A stretch of 61,013 nucleotides of DNA, counting the filler, from Sphacelaria rigidula (Eukaryota): assembly GCA_964200075.2 (NCBI GenBank). It is 9 parts of 9 records of this genome, joined end to end, with 100 filler letters (N's around TTAATTAATTAA, not from the genome) between each part and the next. Parts side by side here need not be neighbours in the genome. Positions count along the whole stretch, not along the records: positions 47,534 to 54,223 come from CAXNAA020018604.1; positions 54,324 to 61,013 come from CAXNAA020018605.1; 7 more parts are not named here. One strand, 5' to 3'. The notes beneath the pieces were generated by a model. That model ran no database searches. It was not told the origin of the DNA and was given only the letters and a program-made list of their open reading frames with translations. Shown here piece after piece: positions 49,990 through 61,013 of the stretch. A program made the position numbers and the translations under genes. Position 1 is the first letter of the stretch. Every line of letters begins with the position of its first letter.

Positions 49990-52789
49990 CCGGAAGTATA
50001 AAATACACTTCGTTCGAGTATAGCCTTTTCAGTGCGCTGCAAAAGAAAGCGTGGGGGAAAATGCCTCGCTGGCAGAGAAAACTCGGCAAAAGTGGTGAAC
50101 ATATGAAATGATACATGTACATAATACACATACATGGGTTGAATGAAGGGAGAAAAAGCGCGCGAGTCATCGCTTTGTCCGCTTCGATCGAGCAAGTATA
50201 TATTGCCCTCCGCGAAAAATAAACAGACGTGAACAAACAAACACAACTGATGAGGGAGCCTCCAACTACAAAGAGCGATGTTTTCGTGAGATTGAGAGTA
50301 GAGGATACGATTGAGAAGGAGAAGCGGTCAATTGGTGATTTCATCGTTTCAGTTCCGAGATACCCCTCCGCGAGGCCGTTACCGAAGCAGCGGGCTAACT
50401 CACAGGTATTAACCTGCGAAGCACCGGCGCAGAGATGATCATATGAAGTCAGTGTTGCGCCAAAAGCAAAAACCTTTTTTCGGAACAAAATCTTACCGTG
50501 TTGCCCTCTAGTGCGCACTGCTGCAGCGCACAGCACCAGATATAGCGACTTGGAACTGTTGACTGTGGTTTGCACAGCCTATGAGCGATGTTTCAGCGCC
50601 TCGCAGCGGCTGCAGCGCGCTTAGGGCCGTGCGCCATGAAGTGCACAGCTCAACAGACTGTATGCCGATCGGTGCACTACAGATGGTCATGATCCAGAAA
50701 GGACCGCAGTACAGACCGGTGCAGTGTTACGCCGGAGGTTAGTGTCACGTTTCCCACCATCACCACCAAAATGAAGACGCGACGGAGCCTAAGAAGTGTG
50801 AAGAAGGTTATATAGCAACTAAAGCGATACACGGCTGTATTATGTATCCAAAGCTACCTTCTCATCCCAGTCCGGCTCGATTCCACCCAATATAGCTCAA
50901 AAACCAACGATGGATATCCCTAGAAAAAGTACTGATTCTTTGTACCAACGAGAAAGTCATTTTCCAACATATTCGTCCTTCACGCGACAGAAGATTACTC
51001 ACCACTGACGGACGTCATAAAGCCGAAACTCTGCAGGCAGGTACTACTAGACACTAGCAGTCGTTCAAGCCCTGGCAGACCTTAATTGAGTGTCGAAACA
51101 GTGCAATATCTGGAGTAGATGATCTTCACTTCACCCCAACTTCCCATCTTGTGACAAGAGTGTTGGTCGCCAAGAAGTGGAGGACTGGTAGGTACGCGTT
51201 TTTGCTACACAGAGCAATTCAATTTGTGTCGATAGCTGCCGTGTGCGTCGAGATATTGCCATCTCGCTGGCGGGTGTTATAACATGTGAGGTGCGGCGTG
51301 AAAACCCATCGGGTCACATGTGATACCTGATGTCCACATTGAGCAGGTAGTAATTGCGCCGCGTCCATTTGGTTTACAGCGTGGGGAATATCTTCTCCCG
51401 CAAGCATACATGCAACAATCAACACTGCCTGCCAGTGGAAAAGATGTTCCAGACATGTGCTTGTCATTGTCGCTGGGGCGGCGCATGAAGCGTGCCTACG
51501 GGATCGCCGCGCAAGGTGTAAACGCACACTTGACTGATTGATTGATTGATTATCTCGCATTAGCTGCTTGCGACAATCCGGCCTGAGGTCAGGAGCAGCA
51601 AAAATAGAACAGAAAAATAAAAATAAAGAAGAAAGAAAGGACCAGAAAAAGAGAGGAGCAACGGCCTCAGAAAGGAAAGAAAGGGGGCAGCGATAACAAC
51701 AAAACACCACCACCACCACCACCACCACCACCACCAAGCAACAAGAACAACAACAAAATAACGACGAACAAACACAAACACAAACACGAGCAACACACAC
51801 ATATGATGACCGCGCATTATGTAGCTGATTGCAACACTCCAGTTCGTGATCAGAGAAAAAAAAGGAGAAAAATGAAAAAAAATGAAAGAAAAGGAACACT
51901 CACGGTCTGCCGATTCCTTGTGTCGTCAGTGATACTGTAAGCTGTCGAACACAAAAGAGAGATATGCCACCGAAACTGCTTCAGGGTTTGCTTCGAAGCA
52001 CACGAAGTCACATTCACTGTGCGGTGTGATGGTGACCGAAGTTTGGTCGGCAATAATGAAGGGTTAGGGACGGAAAACATCATGTGATGTTCCTCCAGCG
52101 TGCAGCACTTGGAACCACTGTTCTGCGACATGGAGGATGGATTACGTGTTCCATCTTTATCACGTACCCCCCCCCCCCCCACCATGACCACAGAACATAT
52201 GCACATCGGACCCCAGAAATTCGGTTGTCGAATTTCAATCTTGTATGGCATGCAGAAATTGGTGACAGCTATCGGTACGTGAAGGAATGCAGGCATATTG
52301 AAAGAAAACATTGTCAACATATATGAAGATTGTAATGAACCGACTCATCATCGTCAACGAAAACCGTTGTCCTCAATTTTCACGATCGGTTGTTATCACA
52401 CGAAATATTCGTGGCGGTTCGCCCGCTGTGCAGAGCGCTATGAACGCCGCCCGACGACTGGAGTCCACGCACGTGTGATGGTCGTGTGGCACAGTATTCC
52501 ATAGGGGTCTCTGCAACACCACGTCTTGATCATCATTTGCGCTTTATTAGTTGTTCGTTCCACTTTTATAGTATCACGCATTATCTTGATATACAACCGG
52601 CGATTCGCCCAAGGGTGGAGCCGGACGACCCGCCGTAGACGCCTGCACACAAGGGCGCACCGCATCAGGCACTCTACAACGTCCCCATCAACCCTACGCA
52701 CGGGTTATAACTTCCGCCCGCTGAAGAAAACTCCCACGGTTACTTCTATACCTACGCAACTCATCTGCAAGAAACATGTCTACGACTTT

Positions 52790-54223
52790 CGATACAGGTG
52801 CAATCAAAACGCGAATGCGTCGTCGTCGTCCTTGCCCGCTTCCGATGCCGAATCTTCTTCCTCTGAGTCGCTACACTCGGAGTCTGAATCTCTGAGCCAA
52901 ATCCCGTGCGACTGGTAGGATCTGGTCCCGGATCCGATTTCCCTCCCGCTACCCTCGCCATCCTCTCGCCATCTCGTCGAAAGCACTCCTCACCACGACT
53001 ACTATCAACACCTGCCCCCGGGGCCTTCCTCGCTCCATTCGCCTGCCCCCCGCCACGCAACGCGGCTGACCCGACACTTCCACGGTTCGCCGTGGATCCG
53101 CCCCTCCCCTTACGACGTCGGCGGGACGTATCGACATTTCCTCCGGCGGAATCACCTGTAGCAGTAGCGCCGGCCGCTGGGTCAGGGGGTGGGGGCAAAA
53201 AGAAGCGGCCCTGGCAACTGCAGCTCAGCGTACAATTCCCCAAACATTTGCAATCTCGGCACCGGTGGCGTCTTTGCACCGCCCTTTCCGGCTTGCACGC
53301 GCATCTCAGGGTTCGCACAATCCCGGATGTATCGACATACGTATGGCTTGACATGTATACAACGATGTTGTCCCGTGTAAGCTCCACCGCCCCTCTGCTC
53401 GCCGCCTTTACCCCACTCTTGTGGTGAGTTTTTGTTTCTGGTTCAACTCCTCATCCGCGCCCGTTGAAGTTCACTGTGGGCATGCTCATCCCAACCCCCC
53501 CCCCCCCAGTATTCCAATACTGCGTCGGCCTTATCCACGTGCTTCTGGCAGACGTCCAAGTCCGGGCAGCACCGGGAAGGCATGTGCCCATATACTGTGG
53601 TGATGCACAGACGGATCTTGTTCACGAAAGACTCCAGATTCTGCCCGGTCGTGGTGAGTAGATGTCCAGGATCCGCAGCGACCTGCGCAAATGCGTTTTC
53701 GTACCTGGAGAGAACGATCGTGGCCAGTAGCTTGACCCCCTCGTCCACCTCCACCCTCGCCTTACCCTCGTCGATCACCAATATCGCTTTCGGGAACAGA
53801 TTCGGCGTTCTCAGTGCTTTCAGAACGAATGCCCACAACTTGGGGAAGGGAATCCCGGATACACGCGGCAGGAAGTCGCAGTCAGCCAATAGATAGGTGA
53901 AAACGAACAGCTCCACCTTTACAGGATGCGTCAGCCAATCATACAGTCCACCCGCTGGAGTGCGTGTTCAATAGGCTGATCAGTCTTGATCTCGGCGGTG
54001 AGGCGGGAGACAGAACGCTCCAACTCTCGTACCCTCGTACGCATGTTGCGAAGTTCAACGTCGGCCGCAATGGCTACCTCGGGCGCCACCACCGAAGAAA
54101 CGAGATAGATGAACTTGCGTCGCACATCGCATACAGCCGCATCGACCCCGCTTCTCTTCTCAAGCTTGGCGTCGACTGCGCCGTCCGCGGCCACTGCATC
54201 GACAATTCTCAGCGCTTGCTCCC
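52790..54223 (-). mobile_element. Decayed Academ (AcademX)-like transposase C-terminal half: XPG/H3TH-like motif, GW motif, CXC cluster, acidic tail
   Basis: FTYLLADCDFLPRVSGIPFPKLW; PDLDVCQKHVDKADAVLEYW; GRG*G (TGA for TGG); RCACKPERAVQRRHRCRDCKCLGNCTLSCSCQGR; SDSEEEDS; frameshifts near 53950 and 53500. Confidence 0.65.
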
Positions 54224-54400
54224 NNNNNNNNNNNNNNNNNNNNNNNNNNNNNNNNNNNNNNNNNNNNTTAATTAATTAANNNNNNNNNNNNNNNNNNNNN
54301 NNNNNNNNNNNNNNNNNNNNNNNGTCCCTCACTGAATAGCCCTCTTGTCCAGATCGTCTGGCAGAGGCTCTAATCCCCAATTTGTACAATGCCGTGTTTA

Positions 54401-54857
54401 TATCCGTGAGATTCAGAGGGTAGTTCAAGATTCAGAGTGAGACCCGAAACGATCGACTTTCCCGTAGATTTTGACGTGGCCGCAGTTCAAGGAGTAATGC
54501 GCCCAGCTGGTGAAGCGGGGGCTTCAATGAAAGCTGTCACCTACACGATCAATTTGACACAACATCACTTGATCGCAACTACGTAGTCAGTCCATTGCAA
54601 CAAAAGATCCCTTCTTTCAGGAAAAACCGATTAGTGCCTGAAACAGTTTCAGTTCCGAAATCCCCCCCCCTCCAGGCGTAAAAATGCTTTGTGCAGTATC
54701 TCACCAACCAGACCGCCGAAATACTCGAATGGGGTACTGTGCGGTAGCTGCATGCTCAGCACGTGTGCTCAAGCAAAAAGAAAGAAAAAGTGTTTCCTGT
54801 TAGGAACGCTAGAGCATCCACTCTGAATCTGAAACTACCCTCTGAATTTCACGAATA
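54401..54857. mobile_element. Second copy of the 48003 MITE, with 39-bp TIRs
   Basis: tatccgtgagattcagagggtagttcaagattcagagtg vs reverse complement of cactctgaatctgaaactaccctctgaatttcacgaata. Confidence 0.88.
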
Positions 54858-55207
54858 GGGTCTTCCGAGCGCATCACGATGAGAAACCCAGTGGAGCAAT
54901 AATATTTTGGCTTTCACCTCCTATGCGCGCCTGAGGCTTCGCATAATTCCGATTTTTGCGCCTAAATCCTGTGTTTTTCAAGGCGCTTATTTTGGGTTGT
55001 GAAACGCTTAGTGGGCATATCATGCGTATAAATTGCGCATATTGCCTATGCGCCGCCTGCGGCCACTGTGCAGATTCCCTTAGAGGTCTCTGTGGCACGA
55101 CAAAACCGCATGTAGACTGGGTTGGACAATGCCATGTTCGAGATTCAGAATCATTCTTTCGTCATGATACCACACGCCTTTTTTTATGAATATGTGAACG
55201 CAATCAT

Positions 55208-56494
55208 TATATCCACCTACATAGGTGGATCCTTATTTCCACCGTAACCTTTTATCATGACCGATCCCGCGTTGGTTTTTTTAATTCGGGAGCCCACTTG
55301 TTTTCATCAGCTACCCGTTACAGATGTGTGCAAACAAACTGGGTTCGGGTAACGAGCAAAACCAGAGTCAAGTTTTTGAATTTGAGCGCGCCACTTCTAT
55401 AAACCCGCTACAAGCGCTTCCGTCTGATACGATGGCAACACAAGCAAAAGCACAAGACATCTCTTCAATGGAATTAGTTGGGAGCAGGGCCTTCCGTCCA
55501 AAAACAAACAAAACAAATGCGTGTGAGCACGCCACGGTGGGCAAAAAAATGCACCTGAAATGTCTTGCCTTCATCAATCTATCGGTCCAAACTTTGAGAG
55601 TCTTTTGATGATGAACATCTGGGCCGAAATGGCAACCCCCAACCCCCCTTCCACTCTGAACGTCCATCAAAAATGATTACACAATTCAAAGGAAACGGTA
55701 AGTACGTAGCAGACAAGACGAAACAAATGAGTGTATGCAGCAGAGATGAACATAAAGAGGACCGACGGCGTATCGAAGTCAAGCCAGCACGAGTCAATGT
55801 CGAGCACGACTGAAAACACCCACTTCGATCTTTCATCATCCGGTGGTGCCGTGGATGAGATTTTTTTCTCGAGATGGTGGGCATAATACATTGTGTACGA
55901 TGTAGACTTTACTGCGGTATAAACGTAGTACAATCAGTGCCAGGGTGTTGCAGCAGGCGAGAGTATTCACAATACAGGCCGTGGATTTGCGAGCAGTACG
56001 ACATTACAACTATAGGCTATGCTTCGCAAACATGGCACAGCTGTAGTCTCTACTTGTTATCTTGTACTACTCCAGGTCCGAGTACAGACTCTTCTCTGCC
56101 AGGTTACAAGCACGGGCTGTACTCGCGAGCACAGTAGGTAGCTGTGCTTTGCCAATACAGTACAGTACCACACCGACTTCACTGTGGGGTTCGAGGTCAC
56201 ATGTAGCTGCACGTCCTGGCAGTGGATGCCGATGCAGAGGATATGACTACTGACTACTGCCTGCACTACCGTACTACACGTGAAGGCTTCACTTTTTTTA
56301 CTGCGTGTGTGTTACCGCTGTGTACTACTGCCTGCACTCCGGTACTACGCGTGAAGGCTTCAGTTTGTTTGCACACATCCGTAACGGGCAGCTGGTGTAA
56401 AAAATGTGGGCTACCGAATTAAAAAAACAGCGCGGGATCGGTCATGATAAAACGTTACGGTGGAAATAAGGATCCACCTATATAGGTGGATCTA
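55208..56494. mobile_element. 1.29-kb non-autonomous element with ~130-bp TIRs, each starting with a 20-bp palindrome
   Basis: 55211-55341 is the reverse complement of 56361-56491; termini ATCCACCTA(C/T)ATAGGTGGAT, flanked by TA. Confidence 0.88.
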
Positions 56495-56699
56495 CTTAAT
56501 GCGACATGTGAATGTAGGACACATGTATCGACAACAATACAGGAAAGTCCCTGGCCGGTTTTGAGCCCGCAGTCAAGTGCATGCAAAGTCAGTACAAAAT
56601 GTAACAGTATGTCTTCGGCGAGCACCTTTCAGTTTCCGTAGTTACATGCACGCTGCTGATGTCTCTGCTTCGTGTTTCACAACAACACTACAGTGTGAA

Positions 56700-57800
56700 G
56701 CTATGCTGGCAGGGCGAGAAGGGTCAGGTAGAGCCGAAAGACTGCGAGCGGAGTCTTTACTTCCAAAACAAATGGTTGACTTCTTCAGCTGTCCGGCTGT
56801 TCGTCGAACCCCCCTGCCCTCTGGAAACCCGCGAATGTTCCCGGACTGTCAGTCGGTGAAACTGTTCCCAGGCGGACCACGGCCGCAAAACAGTGGATCT
56901 GGGTACAGTAATCGATTTCAAGATTCAAACCTGTGCCGGTTGTTTTCACTGGGTACGATGGCAAGAAACAGTAAGCCGGTATGTGTCGGCCGGCGCTGCA
57001 GTAAAGCACGGTTACAGCAGGCTGTGGTAGCACACAGTTTCGGTATATTTTGATGTCGAGCTTGCCTAGTACAGTACCGCCGTGTGTTGTGTGAAATCTA
57101 CATAATATGTTCGCTTTGCTTCATGACAGCGGGAGTCACACATCTGCCCAAACTTGGCGACGAGATATAAGATACCCACTTGGTTCTCGATACCGATGGA
57201 GCACCCGGGTTCCTCTTTGCGTTCTCAACGAGGTTCTTCGAAACAGCAAACGCTCTTGTGAAAAAACTATTACACGCCACGCCGTCAGAAGCATACATTG
57301 ACCCCATGGTTTTACCGGGTTTCTGATACGGCACGTGCTCTCGAACCCAAGCCAGTCTTGCTTTGCGCGCGACGACACGACTGAGGTCCTCTTGCTCCGG
57401 CGCCAACCTCTGAGCGTCAAGCGTCCCTTCAACGAAACGTTCGACACAGCGTAGACTACGACAGCACTCGAAACTCGATGCAAGCATATCTTGCAGCGCA
57501 ATAGGCTATGTGGAGAGAGTTGCACCCGCCACCGGGACGATCGACTCGAGAGGGGATTTCTTGCCTTCTTTTTGGAGTCAAGCCGCCCGCATGCCCACAT
57601 GATTCGATGCTCCGCTCTGTGGGTTCAACCGAGGTCGCGAACAGGAGGCGGCCCGCCTCTGTAGTAGGCATGAACTCACGCCCCGCACTAATTCCTCTGG
57701 TAAGTGGGTGTGTGAGAGTAGGTGATGTCAATACGTTTATGACAGCGTGGGCGGGCTGGTCATGTTTGGACGGCAAGGACGACGCTGGTGTTGTTCCACG
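56700..57800 (-). pseudogene. Frameshifted remnant resembling the N-terminal Cys motif region of Sola/DUF7869-type transposases
   Basis: ECCRSLRCVERF...MYASDGVACNSFFTRAFAVSKNLVE resembles CC..C...YxxxGxxVCxxxFxxxxxIS; downstream LSALPDP; catalytic DDE region not seen. Confidence 0.35.
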
Positions 57801-58336
57801 TTTTGATCAATCTTTCCGACAGCACAAATCAACATGCACTGACCGTCAGAATGTCGGGACAAATATCCTGTGGTCCTGTGTATAACTGACCATGTGCACT
57901 CGAAACGTGATCAGAGAATGGGACACATGTCGACAAACATCGGAATCTTTAGGTCTTTTCACATGCCTGACTGATGGTACTGTTTCAGTGGTATGGCACC
58001 TGACACGCGGCAAGTGGGTCACCATCCTACGGAAAGTGGAGCTCGTAAGAAAGACACCGTCGTACTAGGTACTAAGTAAGATATTATCGAAGAATATGGC
58101 TTATTAGTACCCATGCGAGACTGATATGACCCAGATATGTTGTCAAATTCCGAGTACAGGTGGCGTTGTGGATAACGGTAGGTAACGTTTCTCATTCGTG
58201 ACCTGCATCTAACCACAATATTGGAACGTCCTCGCCGTCCCTCGCTCGACCCCCTCCCTTACACAACGCATTGCACTGCCGCCCGCAGACTGCATACCAC
58301 AACAGTGAAGAAGCAGACAACCGTTGTTTCAGCCTA

Positions 58337-58748
58337 ATGGATTCCCCTGATAGCAGAAGTCAGCCATCAGGGACAGTAGCGCCAGTACAGCGGAACATGG
58401 AAAGCCTTCTCACCAGCCACTACGTAGGTACATTTCCGATAAAGTTATCTCAAATCGCCGTGACGTCCCTCACCCGCGAGCTGAACCCTCGTGGAGTGGA
58501 GAAGGTAATCACTTCGTTGAAGTCAAAGGGGTGGCTCACGCACAATCCGCCAGCCATAGTGATGCCACATGAAGGTGTCCCGGAGAATGGAGGAATAACG
58601 TCGGAGTTTCTTTCGACGTGCGAGTTTCGCGTCTTGGATGGAAATCGTTGGATCTCTGCGGCGAGATCGATTTTCAAGCAAGATCACAGCGTGCCGTGTC
58701 GAGTTTACCATGAGTTCGGCCCAGAGGTCATGCGCATCCTTGGCGAGG
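58337..58748 (+). CDS. First exon of a ParB/sulfiredoxin-like domain protein
   Basis: ATG 58337, donor GTGAGT at 58749; TRELNPRGVEKVITSLKSKGW...PPAIV...FRVLDGNRWISAAR matches the ParB/Srx fold pattern with an altered DGxHR motif. Confidence 0.6.
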
Positions 58749-61013
58749 GTGAGTCACCATATTGACAGATGGTATTGTCTGTAGCCACGTGCCTCTGCAA
58801 TCGTTTCGATAGCATTGAACTATCTGATGCAAGGTGTAAAATTGTCGCACGGCCTAGTGTTTAAAAATGCCAGCGTAATGATTAGGTCATACCATTTAAG
58901 CATGTAAAAAAAACGTGTCGGGGTTGAGCGTGTACGCTGTGCACGAGGATGAGAACCCTGTTCTCCGCCTGTACCGGCCAGGGATGTCACGACTGATCCC
59001 ATTGGGAGGGGGGGCTTGTTGTGGCTGCACACTAGTTTAGCGCCAGAAATTCAGGCTCGGCCTCTAACACGGCTCGTCCGCGGGTCTATGATTCAAACGA
59101 CGGTTCGCGTGTGCATGAGGTGTAGACTATGGATCCTTGGCTACTTCTCCTCGTGTTTCTCGGGTATTGTTTTCATGCTTTTCGCCTCTTTTGTTTCGGT
59201 TTCGGCGCGTTTTTGTTATTTGTTTGCGCCTTTGTTCTTTTTTGTGTGCCTTTCTTCTCTTTTAGCCCCTAAAAAGAGAAAATCGGCGCCTCAAGTGTTT
59301 CTATGCGCCTTTTCTCTTTTTCGGGCTCTAAATAACCAGTATGGCCCTACACTTCGCAGACACGAGTATGCCGGCACATATATCTTTGCTTCGGCGCCTG
59401 GGTGCTTCTGGTTCTTATTTTGCATACATATATTTGTTGACGAGATTTCGTGCGCGTCACACACCCCATGGCGTCCCTGCGGGAAATATCTGCGAGCCTT
59501 GCGACAAATCTGCGATGTCTTCCCGAAAGTCCCCAATTTCTATTCTTTGTTCTGCGATAATGTGTTACGGCCGTTTTTCTCCGACAAAAGGCAGAAATGT
59601 GTTTTGTTTCTCGCTTCTTTTGTTAATCCCGGTAAGGTGGGCCCTCCTCGCATTTTTGTGCATGGCAAGGCTGTCATTGGTCCAAACATTTTTCCATTCA
59701 TCATAATCTTCACCCTTCTCTCTGAGCCCTGTGTGAACAAGTGGCAGCGGGGGGGGGGGGGGAGTGGATGATCGTCATCGACGGGACGTGTTTAGGCGCA
59801 CGTTGTTCAGACCTTTCGTTTAATTATCAGATTCGAAATGAAAACAAAACAAAGCAGATTTCAACGTAACAGTTCTCAGGTAACATGCAATCGGACTTAC
59901 ATTGTTCGGTGTGTCGACATAATCGACAGCTTGGCTGTCGCCATTTCTCATGCCGATTCTTATGGCAGGCAAGAATAACCTGACACGAGCTGTCTATGTG
60001 GTCCAGATGCGTCGGGTTACGACCCAAACGCAGACATCTTCGAATGCCGTGCTTCAGCCGTAAAGATTATTGCAAGACACCTTCGCGTTTTTCTGGTGGC
60101 CGTTTTTGATTTTGGCCGAACAAACAACCTTGTACGCGGTTGTTGACACCTGCGATTGTATTGCTGCACTCGTTGAGACGATTCAAACACACCTTTGCGT
60201 TTTCCGGTGGCCACAGGTGATTCTTGCATCAATTGCATTTTTGCCCAAGAACGGTCTGCTGGATAAAACACGGGGCGTTTTGTTTCCCGGCTGACTGTGC
60301 TCGGACCAACATACGAGTCTGGCAAACATTATACTTCTGTCCCCCTTCGAACGCAAAGTGTCTTGGGATCGTCCGAGCGAATACAGAATGGCATATGAAG
60401 GACCAACGAGACAACCTTTTAGATATGTATTGTTGTTGCCCAGCATCAGCTGCGTCAGAGAGGAAACGTTTTTGAATAAAAATTCTGCCACATCGGTGAA
60501 TAATAACCGCGTCAACCGTTGCTGCTGCCTGCCTGCCTTCGAACAACTTTAAACGATGTCGGCGAGACTCTGCCCCCCCGCAACACGTACGACAAGCTTT
60601 ACATGTACGTTGGGATCATAACCTCGGTCCAGAAGAGGACAGGGAGTGATGCCGTCACGGGGGAACAAATAGCAAAATAGTTCATGAACGTGAGTAATGG
60701 AATGTGAAAGACGGGGTCTTCAAAGCCGGGTCTGCATTACACGGGGACGATAGTGGGCATTGAGTGAAGTTTAAAGTCGTATTGTATCATATGCGCGCCG
60801 CGGGTCATTTATGTTATATCTCCGAACCGAGTCAAGTCCGCCTATATTGTTATAAACTAGTTGCCGGAGGGTTGACGACGCGTGTACTACGTCTCCCACC
60901 CGCTCATACGCCGAGAAACAACCCGGTGTGCAGCGAACACATTAGACCTCGACCACGTATGTAATGCAACACGCACGACGGTCGCAGTGAGGTTGCCGTT
61001 TGGAGCTGGGGGG

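Noticed and set aside
51219..51899. 226-aa hydrophobic ORF (similar cases 59016-59771 and 49895-50575)
   Set aside because: Produced by T-rich, microsatellite or repeat sequence; no domain or codon signal

Overview
This window is not one locus. It is nine unrelated contigs of 6690-6691 bp (1-6691, 6792-13482, 13583-20273, 20374-27063, 27164-33853, 33954-40643, 40744-47433, 47534-54223, 54324-61013) joined by identical artificial 100-bp spacers (N44-TTAATTAATTAA-N44), so neighbourhood arguments hold only within a contig. The DNA is eukaryotic, intron-rich and repeat-dominated, most likely a brown alga or other photosynthetic stramenopile (inference from gene content and exon structure). Recognisable host-gene fragments are three exons of the flagellar protein DRC3/LRRC48, the last two exons of a divergent class I fructose-1,6-bisphosphatase, and one exon of a probable FEA1/ISIP2a-type iron-uptake protein. 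The rest is mostly transposon material: RTE and other LINE fragments, two tRNA-derived SINE families, many MITE/foldback elements (one piggyBac-type), a decayed Academ-like transposase, a possible Penelope-like element and a 2.9-kb array of 63-bp units. The best novelty candidates are a ParB/sulfiredoxin-like exon lying head-to-head with a Cys-motif transposase-like remnant (contig 9), the Academ-like element, and the FBPase with a long acidic insertion and a changed substrate-binding Arg. All family assignments come from motif recognition by eye; no database search was run.
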